Part shown: piece by piece, positions 14,673-25,935 of the stretch
How positions within the stretch are numbered: position 1 is the first letter of the stretch
Layout of the letters: each line of letters begins with the position of its first letter
From: Octopus vulgaris
Lineage: Eukaryota
Length of the DNA stretch: 64,000 nt
Assembly (NCBI GenBank): GCA_951406725.2
Contig: OX597816.1
Coordinates: 79,484,001-79,548,000 of the forward strand
Direction: 5' to 3'
Translations under genes and position numbers: made by a program
Notes under the pieces: generated by a model
Told to the model about the DNA's origin: nothing
The model's input: only the letters and a program-made list of their open reading frames with translations
The model's database searches: none

Positions 14673-15401
14673 CTAGTTTAAAGACTTATAAGTGCATGGC
14701 TGTGTGCACCTATGTGCATTCTCTCCATACTTGGAGTGGTACCAACACAGTCCAGACTTAGACTGTTTTGATCTCGAGGATGAACGACTGCGACTTCGCG
14801 ATTTTAAAGATCGCTTACCATCGCGACACATCGCGTCCATCCTTTTAGTGAGGGTTTCTATTAGTTTAGAAAGCCCCTCAATTGAGGCCGAAGAGGTCTG
14901 TGAACAGGCACAAGCAGACCGTGACGATGGTTGAACGGCAAATTCAACCATCTTATCAGCCATCGTTGCTATTTGGTCCACTGTATTTGTCTCTAAGCCG
15001 GTTGCCAAAACGGTCTGTATATAGGCGGGCAACCTCGAAAAAAAAATCTTCCGAAGGAGGGGGGCATCTGATGCATTACCACTTAACTCCCTCAGTCTTC
15101 GTAAAAATTCTGACGGAGTTCTGTCCCCTAGTTGCTCATCTGCCATTAACTCGTTGAAACGACTTTCCTCGCTTCGTGTATTTCTTTTTTCAACCTCTAA
15201 TTTAACAGACGCATAAGTAGCGCCTGGACTAGGGTCTGTAATAAGGTCCCTTGCTGAAGATGCCAGTTGCGGCGGCATGCAACCATAAAGGATTTGCAAC
15301 TGCTGCTCGGGAGTAATACTTTGTGCACGAAATTGTGCCTCTAACTGTGAAAACCACAGTGTGGCACCACCTGTAAAAGTAGGTAACGAACCCATAAACA
15401 T
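14673..15401 (-). CDS. gag: Gag protein of the gypsy element
   Basis: WFSQLEAQF, LGDRTPSEFLRRL and a C-terminal CWYHSKYGENAHRCTQPC (CHCC) motif. Confidence 0.9.
   Translation of the reverse strand: MFMGSLPTFTGGATLWFSQLEAQFRAQSITPEQQLQILYGCMPPQLASSARDLITDPSPGATYASVKLEVEKRNTRSEESRFNELMADEQLGDRTPSEFLRRLRELSGNASDAPLLRKIFFSRLPAYIQTVLATGLETNTVDQIATMADKMVEFAVQPSSRSACACSQTSSASIEGLSKLIETLTKRMDAMCRDGKRSLKSRSRSRSSSRSKQSKSGLCWYHSKYGENAHRCTQPCTYKSLN
14676..14682 (-). promoter_or_regulatory. -1 ribosomal frameshift slippery site U_UUA_AAC at the gag-pol junction
   Basis: Minus strand TCT TTA AAC TAG. The -1 frame reads CTA GAT TCG GAG AAT TTG AGC directly into the pol ORF. Confidence 0.8.
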
Positions 15402-15799
15402 TTTGTAGCCTTTTATTCACTAGATGACTCTGTCAAATGGAAAAAAGAAAACTGACAACGAACCAACGCTGAACAGACGCAACAAGGAAAAACAAAGGGA
15501 AAAAAAGAAAGGAAGAAAGAAAGAAAGACCAACAATTGAACCAATAAATTTTGAATGTGCAATTTAAAAAAAAAAAATGTTTTTTTTTTGTTTTTTTTTT
15601 GTTTGTACTGTGTGCACAGAGAATAGAAAAAAAATTCTTTTCTTTTTTTTGTTTTTACCAACCTTCGTCGCGTTTTTTTCCGTGCGTGAGTGCAGATGAA
15701 GAAACAAACTGTTGAAAGGGACTGGAAAACAGGTTGGTCGTGTTTCAGACTTGGCAGAAAAACTGGATTTTTTTCTTTTCGTGAATGTTCTCTGGAACT

Positions 15800-15811
15800 T
15801 CGGGGTCACCA
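15800..15811 (-). other. Primer-binding site complementary to the tRNA-Trp 3' end
   Basis: TGGTGACCCCGA, 1 nt inside the 5' LTR; matches the known tRNA-Trp PBS TGGTGACCCCGACGTGAT over 12 nt. Confidence 0.85.
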
Positions 15812-15812
15812 C

Positions 15813-16426
15813 TGTAAGGAATATGTGAATATCTCCTCTTGCACTTTTGGGGTGCAAGTTGGTGCAATCACTTTCCGTTGCTTTTATATCCAGACTCTAC
15901 CAGTCAAAGAAACACAAAACGCAGACGTAAAAAATAGATATACTTTATTGTTTTATACCGGTGAGAAATCAGTGGTATATCTGATGTCCTTGGTTCTGGG
16001 CGCGCAAGGCTGAAAGTTAATCGATTGTAATATTTACAATGTTCAGCCGCTAAAAACAGAACGGGTCAAAATGGCGTCCGGAGGAAGAAGATGATGTCTG
16101 CAACAATTCAGGTTAAAAGTCTTCGGCCAAAAGACTGCTGCTATCAAAACCGGAGAGAGAACGAATTAAACGTCTGCTTTGGTGAAATGCCTGCCGCTGT
16201 CTGTCGGACGCTAATGGTCAACCTTTACGCTCCCTTGCCTCTTTGTTAAGGCTCACGCTCCCTTGCCTCTTTGTTAAGGCTCGCGCTCCCTTGCTAAGGC
16301 CACGTCAGCAAGGCCACGTCAGCTAAGGCCACGTCAGCAAAATTCCCTCTTTCGTGTATTCGCGAGAGGGCGTTGCGGGCGTTGCGCGCGCGTTGCGCGC
16401 GCGCGCTGTTGTATAGGATCACTACA
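15813..16426 (-). repeat. 5' LTR (614 bp)
   Basis: Paired with 10671-11276. Confidence 0.95.
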
Positions 16427-16430
16427 AAGT

Positions 16431-17400
16431 CATAGCTGTAGAATGGAAGATTAATTATAAAAACTAATACCAAATTAGATAAAGAAGCAAAGATAAAGGA
16501 ATTCTACCAATACTGGCTTAGAAATACATAGGAATCAATGAACTGAAGAGAGCACAACACACAAATGAAACAGAAATAAAAGATGGAATATATAGTGAGA
16601 TAGTAACGTTATACAAGCGGAGCAGATTTATAATGTATACCTCTAGAAGAAAAAATATATCCTGTGAAGAATAATAGAAAAAATGTAAATAGATTCAAGA
16701 CGTGAGCGAAACAAAAGCAGAATTTCTGTTCTTAAGGAATACAATAAATACGAAACCAAGACTGAAATGATAGATGGTTATAAAGAGAAAGTCTAAGCAA
16801 CAATATAAATTGCGTAAATACTATACGTCCAATACCAGGAAAAGAAAACTCAAAGCCGAAAAGGATCAATGCATTTCCACCAAAAATCACCGAATTCTTA
16901 AGTAAAGTATTCTATAGAACTACAGAATACTATAAACTCTCTCCTATCTGGCAATTTCTTCGGCAGTAATTTATGATCGCCAAGCATTTAGCTGTGTATA
17001 AGTGAACTGAAAATTCGTAAACAAAAAAAAAACTTCTCGAATTATGTATATAGACACTCGGAAAACTTATCACCATCTCATTATCCATTATTATCACATC
17101 ATCCAAATATATCCAGAGTTTAAAGAATGAGGATATTAACAAATCTGAACTCCTTAAATTTAGTATAGGACATGCTTTCTCCGGCAGAAGGTGCAGGTTT
17201 TGCCTTACGAAGTAGCAAAACAGAATATCAGAACAAAAAAAAAAAAAAATCAGAATTAATGAACCTATAGAGACATTTCCAACGATATTGGAGAATTTTG
17301 AAATAGAAATTGCTTAAAATAGTTCATTTTTCACATATGTCACTTCATTAGACTAAAAGACTGTTAGACCTTCTGGAAAAAATCAAACAAACATTCAGTT
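16431..17400 (-). mobile_element. Highly decayed retroelement remnant (PLE-like RT) next to the gypsy insertion
   Basis: YLDD-containing ORF 16930-17142; otherwise unrecognisable. Confidence 0.35.
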
Positions 17401-17754
17401 ACTTATCAACACTAACACTGCATTAATTATAGTAATCTATGCTTTTGTGAGACTTGTGCGTATGATGCTGAAGACATGAAAATATCACGTGTTTGCATTG
17501 GAGATCCGGATTGGAGTAACTTAGGAAGACTTACTAACAAACTTAACAAAAAAGTAAGCCTAACTCTATGAGCAACTTGGCCAAGCGCTGATATCGGCCG
17601 AGAGAGCATTGTTGTCGGGGAAATCAGCATTGTCTAAAGAAGAGTAAGAGTCCATGAGTTATGTTGAAATGGTTTGAGAATATGTCCGGTCAATGCTTCC
17701 GGATCACCTGTTTATAACCACATAGGCTGCAAAGATGACTTGTTCTTTCTACGT

Positions 17755-18500
17755 CTATAAAACTTTTCTATAGACAACATTACGTGTTCTGCCCTGAGGA
17801 GCATATACAAAAAGTGCGTTTCTACTCCCCACACGGGAGCAGGCCAGTGGCTGTGTGGTAAGTAGCTTGTTTACCAGCCACATGGTTCCGGGTTCAGTCC
17901 CACTGCGTGGCATCTTGGGCAAGTGTCTTCTATTATAGCCTCGGGCCGACCAAAGCCTTGTGAGTGGATTTGATAGACGGAAAGTGAAAGAAGCCCGTCG
18001 TATATATGTATATATATATATATGTGTGTGTGTGTTTGTCCCCCTAGCATTGCTTGACAACCGATGCTGGTGTGTTTATGTCCCCGTTACTTAGCGGTTC
18101 GGCAAAAGAGACCGATAGAATAAGTACTGGGTTTACAAAAGAATAAGTCCCGGGGTCGATTTTCTCGATTAAAGGCGGTGCTCCCTCATGGCCGCAGTCA
18201 AATGACTGAAACAAGTTAAAGAGTAAAGAGAGTATGTGAAAAGCACGGCTTCCCCAAATGGATGCCTGCCACCGAGAGTGTTTGGCCTTGGGATTTGTTG
18301 ATTGACTTAGCGAAGCATGGCCTCACCGGGAACTGCGATCTGCGGAAGTTAAACGGCATGTCTGACCCCGAGGGATAAAGGTGCATCTTTGAAATGAAAA
18401 CATTTTCTCCTTTCCCGCATCCAGTAATAGTGGTGTCCTCAATAAAGTGGGACGTCAGAGACTTGACTACCAAGCGGGTCCCGTCGCACTGTTCTGGCGG
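17755..18500 (-). mobile_element. Helitron Pif1-helicase C-terminal fragment interrupted by a SINE
   Basis: CDGTRLVV...RRSQFPVRPCFAKSINKSQGQTL...FSH (18234-18500) resumes as ACSRVGSRNALFVYAPQGRTRNVVYRKVL* (17755-17844). Confidence 0.88.
17846..18232 (+). mobile_element. SINE family 1, near full length
   Basis: tRNA-like head, central (TA)/(TG) tract and an aaagagt-type tail; multiple copies in the window. Confidence 0.85.
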
Positions 18501-19287
18501 ATAAAGCGTGTACTCTTTATCGCATTTGAGTTTTATTGAATGATTGTGTAAAATTTTCTTAATAGGATATATTGTAAGTCTACACACACACACACATAAA
18601 CACACACTTAGTGTTATTGTTGTTGTGATGCGTGTACTCTTTATCCCGTTTCAGTTGTTGTTTTGAGGTGCTCCACCTATTGGATGGTAGGTTGTTTTTT
18701 TTGAGGTGGGGATTAAAGCAGTGATTTATTTCTGGTATCATTATATCGTCGAATATTTTATGGCAGGAGATAAGTTTCAGCGAGGGCTATCCTTTGTTTT
18801 GAGTCACAGAGTTGTCAATGATCTATCAGCTGTTAAGGTACAGCGTTCGGTAAATTCCGTAAACAATTTTTATTTGTTTTTTGAACTGGAAATGTCTATT
18901 TCGTTTGATGTCAGCATAAAGTGAAAGAGAGAGAGAGAGAAAATGACAGGGACATATGATTATGTCGATGGTGGGGTGCGAGATAGAAAGTGTGTGTGTG
19001 TGTGTGAGAGAGAAAGAGAGAGAGAGAATGTGTGCATTGATGTGTGTGCGTGTGTGAGGGAGAGAGTATTTCTTTATTCACCATAAGGTTGAGAAAAAGT
19101 GGGGACAAAACAAACGTTGGGGTCAGGGTATCGAATGAGACGAAACATATGAATAAACAAACAATTAAAATATATACAATTAAATGAGAATGAGTGATTA
19201 ACAAAAAATGAAGCGGAGGACGTAGTTGACCCCACAAACCACATACTCACACTGAAGACTTTGATTTCTCCTTTTCTACATTCCCGA

Positions 19288-22200
19288 TTAAACAGGTTCT
19301 TTCACTCGCAACATACTTGCTATAGACTTCCATCTTTTACGAAACACACTTTGCGACAGGCATTTCTTCTCCAGCCTTATTTTCCGTTTCATGTGGAAAA
19401 CGAAAAAGTCGATTAGCTCGAGACTGGAGATAAACATGCCTGTTGCAATTCCTTTGACTCTCGTCTTCCACACTACTTCTTTCGCCATAGCAACTACCGA
19501 AAGAAAACAGGCTCGCTCCTCCCTATTCAGGAAGGTCGGCGGAACTATCTTAATTACATATTCGCTCGACAGTTGTACTCTTCTCGAATGCGACAGCAGG
19601 TGTTCGACATAAGCCCAGAGTTCAGTCACCTTCGGGCATTGCACAATCGCGTGCAGGCCAGTTTCACTGTCCCTCTTACATCTTGCACACCCATGTCTAA
19701 AGAGTTTATCTCGAACCGGTAATGCTCCTCTGTAACATTGCCAGGCCAGGGACTTTTGGTAATTATCCATAGGCCCCGGACCGAATGTTCTTTGGAACAG
19801 GCTGGCCAGTTGATTTTCGTCGAAGCCCAGAGTTTCTCCTAGGACGTCGTCACACTTAAACTCTACTAACCCTCTATAGAAGAACGAGGTAGTACCCCCG
19901 CCACCGGCGTTGCCCGACTGGGAGAGAAGCACGAGTGCCTGATGGCACTCTGCATGCCACATGCCCAACCTCGGTCTACACTTGATCCATGGGTTCAGTT
20001 CGTTAAACGATGTGAACTGTGGAAATAACAGCTTGACGAACGGAGACCACACCTGCTCACCGTCCAGGTAAATCCAGAGGTGCCTAAGCCTGAGCGCATG
20101 TCTGCGCATTTTTAGCCACGGCATCCCTAACCCACCCTCCAGCGGCTTTTGACAGCAAATAGAGCGCCTTACAAGAGGTCTGCTGCCCCTCCACAAAAAG
20201 CGAAAGAGCATGCGTTCCAGTTTGTTCAGTCACGAATCGGGGCAAGGCACTACGGTTAGGCGGTAAGTGTTACAGAGGCGATAAACACTTCTGCAACCTC
20301 CACCCTCCCTTTCAAGGACAGCTTCCGCTCAGACCATGTCTGAGTTAGGAGAGCCACCTTTCTCGCCACCTCGCTCCAGTTCTTCTCTATCTGGAGATCT
20401 GGACCTAACCAGATTCCAAACATTTTCACCGGTCCTTCCGTCCAACGTCCTACGACGCTGTCGGAAGACATCGACTTGCCCCTCCAGGTGCCGGGTTGCA
20501 AGCCGACCGATTTATCCCGGTTGACTTTCGCTCCTGCCACCGCTTCGTAGTCCCTTAAGGCCTCACCCACCCACTGTAGGTGCTCGACTCGGGAAACGAT
20601 GACGGTGATGTCGTCCGCATACGCCGAAGCTGTCTTTCCGCACCCTAAATCTTGCGGAGTGCCTCTCATAGTTTCCAACCTCCTCAGCAACGGCTCGAGC
20701 GCCAAAACGTAGAGAAGCGGGGAGAGAGGACACCCTTGATGTGCCGAACGTTCAATGCTGAACGGCTCCGAAAGGAAACCATTTACCCGAACTACCGATT
20801 CGATGTTGCTGTATAAAGCGATGATCCATCCGCGGAAGGTCGGGCCGAAGCCAGCCGCCGCGAGGACCGCCGCCAGATACTGATGGTCCACCCTATCAAA
20901 CGCTTTCGATTGGTCCAAGTGGACCATAGCCCCACCCTTTGCCAGGAATCCTATTTACCCTTTCTAAGGCATAGCGTAGAAAGTGGAGATTGTCGTGGAT
21001 GGTCCTTCCAGGGATGGCGCAAGTTTGCGCCTCGCCAACAAGTTCACCCACGACCCGCGCCAACCTTTTTGTTAAGACCTCGGCCAAGATCTTCAACTCT
21101 GCGTTAAGCAGAGTGATAGGTCGGAAATTATCAATTAAATCCCCCTTGTTTGGGTCCTTTCTTAACAGCGCTACCACCCCTCGGCTCACAGACTTAGGAA
21201 TTCTCCCGTTCTGCTGCCAGTTGGTGTACACACATGCAAGTAGGTGCCCAAACAAGTCTGGCAGACCATCGAGTCCCGGCAATTTGTCTCCGCCGCAGTC
21301 TGCCAACATATCCTCGACTTCTTTGGCTGTGATCGGCGCCTCACAAGATTCCGCGTCCGGCCCTGATAGACGCGGCGAACCGGCTAGGAAGTCTGCGAGC
21401 TTCTCCCCGCGCTCCAGCTCGCCGCACCTCCCGAATAGCTGGGCGAAATGATCATGAAACACCTTGCACATCTCCTCGGGTTCGTTTACTAATCGACCAT
21501 TTGGGCCCGTCAAGGATCGAATGGTTGAGTTGTTGCCACGCTGGCCCTCTACCACCCGGGCCCATCCGGCTGCGTTGATCCCTTCCTGTCTCATTGCACG
21601 GATCTTAGCCCTGACAATGCACCCTTCATGTTTAGCTTTGAGATGTTGGTCGAGTGCTAACCTCGCCGCTAACACTTTCGATGCACTGCCTGACCTCATT
21701 GCCTCCTCTATTGCCTTAACTAGTTCCTTTTCTACTTTGTTTCTAGCACTAGCTAGTTCTTTGTTAAACCTAATTGACTCAAATTTGATGGCTCTTTTCA
21801 GGGCGTACCACCATTTGTTGTTGATAATGGATCCGGTTAACGCCCTCATTACTAATTGTTTAATCCGATTCCTGTAGACTTCACAGTCTAATAGTGACTT
21901 GTTTAGCTTCCAGTAACCGGTACCTCGTCTACACATGCTATCTATGTCGAGCGTACAGGTCACTAATTTGTGATCGCTGTAGCTGACGATATGATGTTGT
22001 GGACAGCTAAGTATTTTCTTATCTTTCCTTCTAGTTATGATTCTATCGATGTAAGATCTGGACGACCCGTCGTTTCTTGCCCAGGTCCACGCTGGAGTGT
22101 TTGGATGGTCCAGTCTGAATCTATCTGCCAATTCGAAACGACTTAGCATATCGTTGAGGTGAGGTAATCCCTCCTATTCTTTCTCGAGCCAACATAATCT

Positions 22201-22650
22201 ACGCTTGCATCGCAAATTATGTTGAAGTCACCTAGCAATACTAACGTGTTCGACGTGCCAAGAAAATTCTCTAGGCTTTTGAAATACTCTTTCTGCCCGG
22301 CTTTTCCTTCGCAGGGAGCATAGACAGCGACCAACCTGAACACTTTACCACTGCTGTGCGTCACATCCAAAACAACCAGCCTGCCTTCCAGATCTATAAA
22401 GACAGTTCTAATCTCTAAATCCAGGTTTTTCCTGACCAGCATTGCCACTCCTCCTCCCCCTCCAGGTCGACAGGGAGAAACGTATTTCTCGTAGCCGTTT
22501 AGAAGGGGCATAAAGGCATGCAGCCCACTCAGTCTGGATTCGGTAATTACCACTACATCCAAACGATGCGACCTAAGGTCGTTAAGGAGGTAGCCTTGCT
22601 TCTAATACGACCCCAGGCCGCGAATATTTATACAACCGAGTTTAAACGAG
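19288..22650 (-). pseudogene. LINE ORF2: AP endonuclease, reverse transcriptase and C-terminal Cys/His motif, with at least 3 frame breaks
   Basis: VVITES, VYAP, LGDFN, SYIDRI, SDH, GYWKLN, FRPITLLN, DQSKAFDRV, QGCPLSP, AYADD and C..C...ET..H...C motifs across ORFs 22143-22562, 20896-22149, 20256-20927 and 19288-20211. Confidence 0.9.
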
Positions 22651-22680
22651 AATGTGAAAAATTAGTCGAAAGTTTAAAAC

Positions 22681-24355
22681 TTACTGTTTTAACGGAAGAG
22701 AGGGTGTAGTTTCACCCTCCTCTTTTCTGTATGTGAGTGTTGTGTTTTGCGAGGTCAGTTTTTTTGCGAATTGCCTGTACAGATGGCTTGAAAAGTTCAT
22801 CTGTAACGGACCTACGTCCTCGGCAAAAGTTTTTTTTATTTCAAAATAATCAGCGTTATCTATTGTATAAAATTCTACATTTTCAGAAATAGTACTATTT
22901 ATATCTGTTACGATATATTTTTTCGCCAATTTCATTAAAATAATTTTTCTCTTAATGGGTTATTGTTTTTATTTATCGCCGTGAAGGTGTTTCTTTCTTT
23001 TTTTTGTTAGGCGATTGTAGAGGGGTGTGTGTGTGTTTGTGGGTGTATGTGTGCTTGTAGAAACGTGGGTGTTTGTAGGTGTGTGCGTGCTTGTGGTAGG
23101 TGTGTGTGTGTTTGTGTGTGCTTTTTCCAGTGTGTGTGTTTTTTTGGCTACGTGTGTGTTTGCGACTGTATTTGTGGGTGTGGGTGTGCTTGTCTGTGTC
23201 GGAGTATAGTCCTGTGTATCCGAAGAGGGTGGATTTTTCCGTTTCTGTCTTCTTTTTGAATGTTTCTATGGTGACCCACTCCTGGATGTTGTTGCTGTTG
23301 TTGTCATCGTTGTTGTTGTTGTTGTCGTTGTTTTCTCCCGTTGTCGGCTGAATTTCGGCAATTGGGGTGCGCGACGTGGCTGCTATTTCTAGCGGTGAAG
23401 TTGTTTTCGGCGTCGTGCTTGCCTCTGCAGTATTTTCTTTGGCTGTCTTCTTGCAGCTCGACCTTATGTGGCCTTTCTCGCCACATTTATAACACCTAGG
23501 TTTTCTTCCCTCGACTATTACCATCAAGCTGGTATTATCTCCAATGGTGAAGGAGCTTGGCAATTTTTTCCAAGTCCGAGGGGTTCGCTTGGATCACAAG
23601 CTCTAAGTCTTGTCCATACCAGGTCATGGGGCGATATCTCTTAGACTGAAGAATGGCAATTTCTTCCTCTTTGCCTAAGAGAATCGCTGCTATTATAAAG
23701 TCCACATCTATTTCGGGCGGAATGTCCGTGACCGTTATTCTGGAAGTTCTCATCCCTAAATAAAAAGGTAGAAGAACTACATCGTCTGACTTCAACGTTT
23801 TTGTTGAATGTTCCCTAGATTTTTCTTCGCTAGGGAAACGCACCTCTACCGTGCCGAAGCGACTACCCCTTGTTATATACGTAGTTTGTTGCCATATCGG
23901 CCTCAAACATTTTTCAATGGCTTCTCTCTGCACGAAGTCAATTTTCTTATTTTTCACATTATATGTCTTGTATATGACAGTTTTTCTCTCTGTCGCGTAA
24001 ATTAATTCACTGGGAGGGAACAACTTCACATTATCACCTTCTTTTTTTTTAATAAACTTTGGTACTTCTTTAATTCTTCCTTGTTTATAACTATATTATC
24101 ACAAGGGCGAGTTGCTGCACTCGCAAAATTTATTTTTGACTTTTCCTGTTGTGTAGTAGCTTCGCCAGACATATTGTTGTCTGCTTTTGTAACGAGCGCG
24201 TGAGACGTCTCTTTACTTTTACCTTCCTCCTCCCACATTTTCGCCTTCATGCCTTCAAACAAATTTTCAACGTTTTCCTCCGACTCGGAGGAGATTGGTT
24301 GCAAATTCATGTTTTTCGTCGCCTCCCCCTTGAAACAAGGGGGAAAGAACAGCAA
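22681..24355 (-). pseudogene. LINE ORF1 (gag-like, CCHC knuckle), frameshifted
   Basis: VEGRKPRCYKCGEKGHIRSSC in ORF 22973-23563; adjoining ORFs 24026-24355, 23535-24029 and 22681-22935. Confidence 0.75.
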
Positions 24356-24490
24356 AACTCTGCTGCAACAGCAGAAAAGAAGTGGCCTCGACGATCAAAA
24401 CAGCAAATTTTCAAACTTTTCAGCACAAAAACAATCTTTCACTGCGGAGCAAAGAATAACACGACCGATCGAGCAGAGAGAGAGAGAGAG

Positions 24491-24505
24491 GTGCTACGCT
24501 ATCAT

Positions 24506-24558
<53 letters not shown>

Positions 24559-24888
24559 CAATCACTCACTCAAAAAAGACGCAAAGAAAAACAAATTAAA
24601 AAAATGTACGCCGTCACTCCCCTCTCTCCCTCACAAACATACATCAACACACACCTTCCCTTCGTCATTGCAAGAAGGGGACTTAACTCATGTTAGCAAA
24701 CTTACAGATTTCACCGACGTTCAAAATTGCTAAAAGTTATAGTTGAAAATAGATTTTACTGCTATCCACAAGTGTCTCGGGAAAAATAAGTTATCAAATG
24801 CGCAGCCATGATCGTGACCAATGTCCTCCTAAACCTGGAGCGATATGCGTGCTAATTTGTGGACGCGCATAAATTACATTCACGTACA

Positions 24889-24959
<71 letters not shown>

Positions 24960-24995
24960 TCTGCCTTTTATAGATATAGATACATAGATATATAA
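24491..24995 (-). mobile_element. Probable 5' part of the Helitron whose helicase lies at 17755-18500
   Basis: Minus strand begins tctatatctataaaaggcagaat(gt)n, resembling the Helitron-type 5' end tctatatatataaaactgagaatgtgtg at 30868. Confidence 0.5.
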
Positions 24996-25065
24996 AGATT
25001 ATTTGCCAACATAACAGTCGTCCAAGTCAGGGCTGCCACGATATGTTGGCAAATAATTTTTACTC

Positions 25066-25300
25066 CTGAGCGAAAACACCAAAAGCTCCACGACGCTCCG
25101 GCAGGGGGTGGTGGTGATCCCTGTTGTACACTTTCGCCTCCAACTTTCTCTCACTATTTCTTCCTGTTTCTTGAATAATGCTGTGATGGATTGGCGTCCC
25201 GTCCAGCTGGGTGGGTGGGTGGGACACATACCCCAGAGAAATCGGGAAACCGGGCCCATGAACCTGGCTAGACTTGAAAAAGGGCGCATAAATAAATAAA
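25066..25300 (+). mobile_element. SINE fragment sharing its body with 28482-28769 but with a different 3' tail
   Basis: Shared tgagcgaaaacacc...actttctctcact; then tgtgatggattggcgtcccgtcc and an (AAAT)n tail. Confidence 0.65.
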
Positions 25301-25394
25301 TGAGGAACGTGCTGGCGAGCATGCGTAATAAATTTCTGTTTGCTCTATTGAAAGGCGTAGCTGCTAGGGCAAAATTCATCGTCCTTAAACGGAT

Positions 25395-25795
25395 TTTGAC
25401 AAGTGTTAGTTGTTTCTCTCTTCCGGCTGTCACCCTTTCTTCCCCGATTTCTCTTTTTCATCCCTTCCCTCCAATTTCTCTCTATAACGACGTTTAACAG
25501 CTTCCAATCTCTCTCTTTCCCTCTCCATCTTTGCCGTCTCTCTCTGTCGCTCTTTCTCCCACCGCCTCACTCTCTCTCTCTCTGTATCTGTCTGTATCTA
25601 TAGGAAGAAAGCGTTCACAGCCGCAAGTGTGTTTAATGGAGAGGACTAAAATAGTGAATAATTATATTGTGTCGAAAATACGTTTCACTTTCATGAAGTT
25701 TAGATGTTCCCACCACAGAACGGTGAATTATTATCGCCCACCACCACCGCACAACCATGATAACAGATATTATTAATCAAGTATATATTGTTTTA

Positions 25796-25800
<5 letters not shown>
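25395..25800 (+). repeat. Dispersed repeat, also at about 46915-47340 and partly at 29290-29540
   Basis: Near-identical ORF translations (GRKRSQPQVCLMER...RPPPPHNHDNRYY) at 25531 and 47018. Confidence 0.75.
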
Positions 25801-25838
<38 letters not shown>

Positions 25839-25935
25839 CGTGTGTATACATATATATATATATTTATATATAATGTGTGTATATATCAATATATATATAT
25901 GTGTGTGTGTGTGCGTATTTATAATGTGTATATAT

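Larger units (their letters stand above)
10671..16426 (-). mobile_element. Full-length Ty3/gypsy LTR retrotransposon, CsRn1/Kabuki/Boudicca-like clade
   Basis: TG...CA LTRs, 4-bp TSD aagt (10667-10670 and 16427-16430), tRNA-Trp PBS, PPT, Gag with CX2HX9CX3C, PR-RT-RH-IN domain order. Confidence 0.95.
19067..24474 (-). mobile_element. Full-length Tx1/L1-clade non-LTR retrotransposon (frameshifted)
   Basis: ORF1 with a zinc knuckle, ORF2 APE-RT-Cys/His tail, AATAAA at 19073-19078 (minus strand), both ends abutting (AG)n. Confidence 0.88.

Noticed and set aside
11969-15157. Alternative-frame and antisense ORFs overlapping gag/pol (and similar ones within the LINE at 19391-21877)
   Set aside because: Shadow ORFs of GC-richer coding sequence with no recognisable motifs; no env-like ORF between pol and the 3' LTR.
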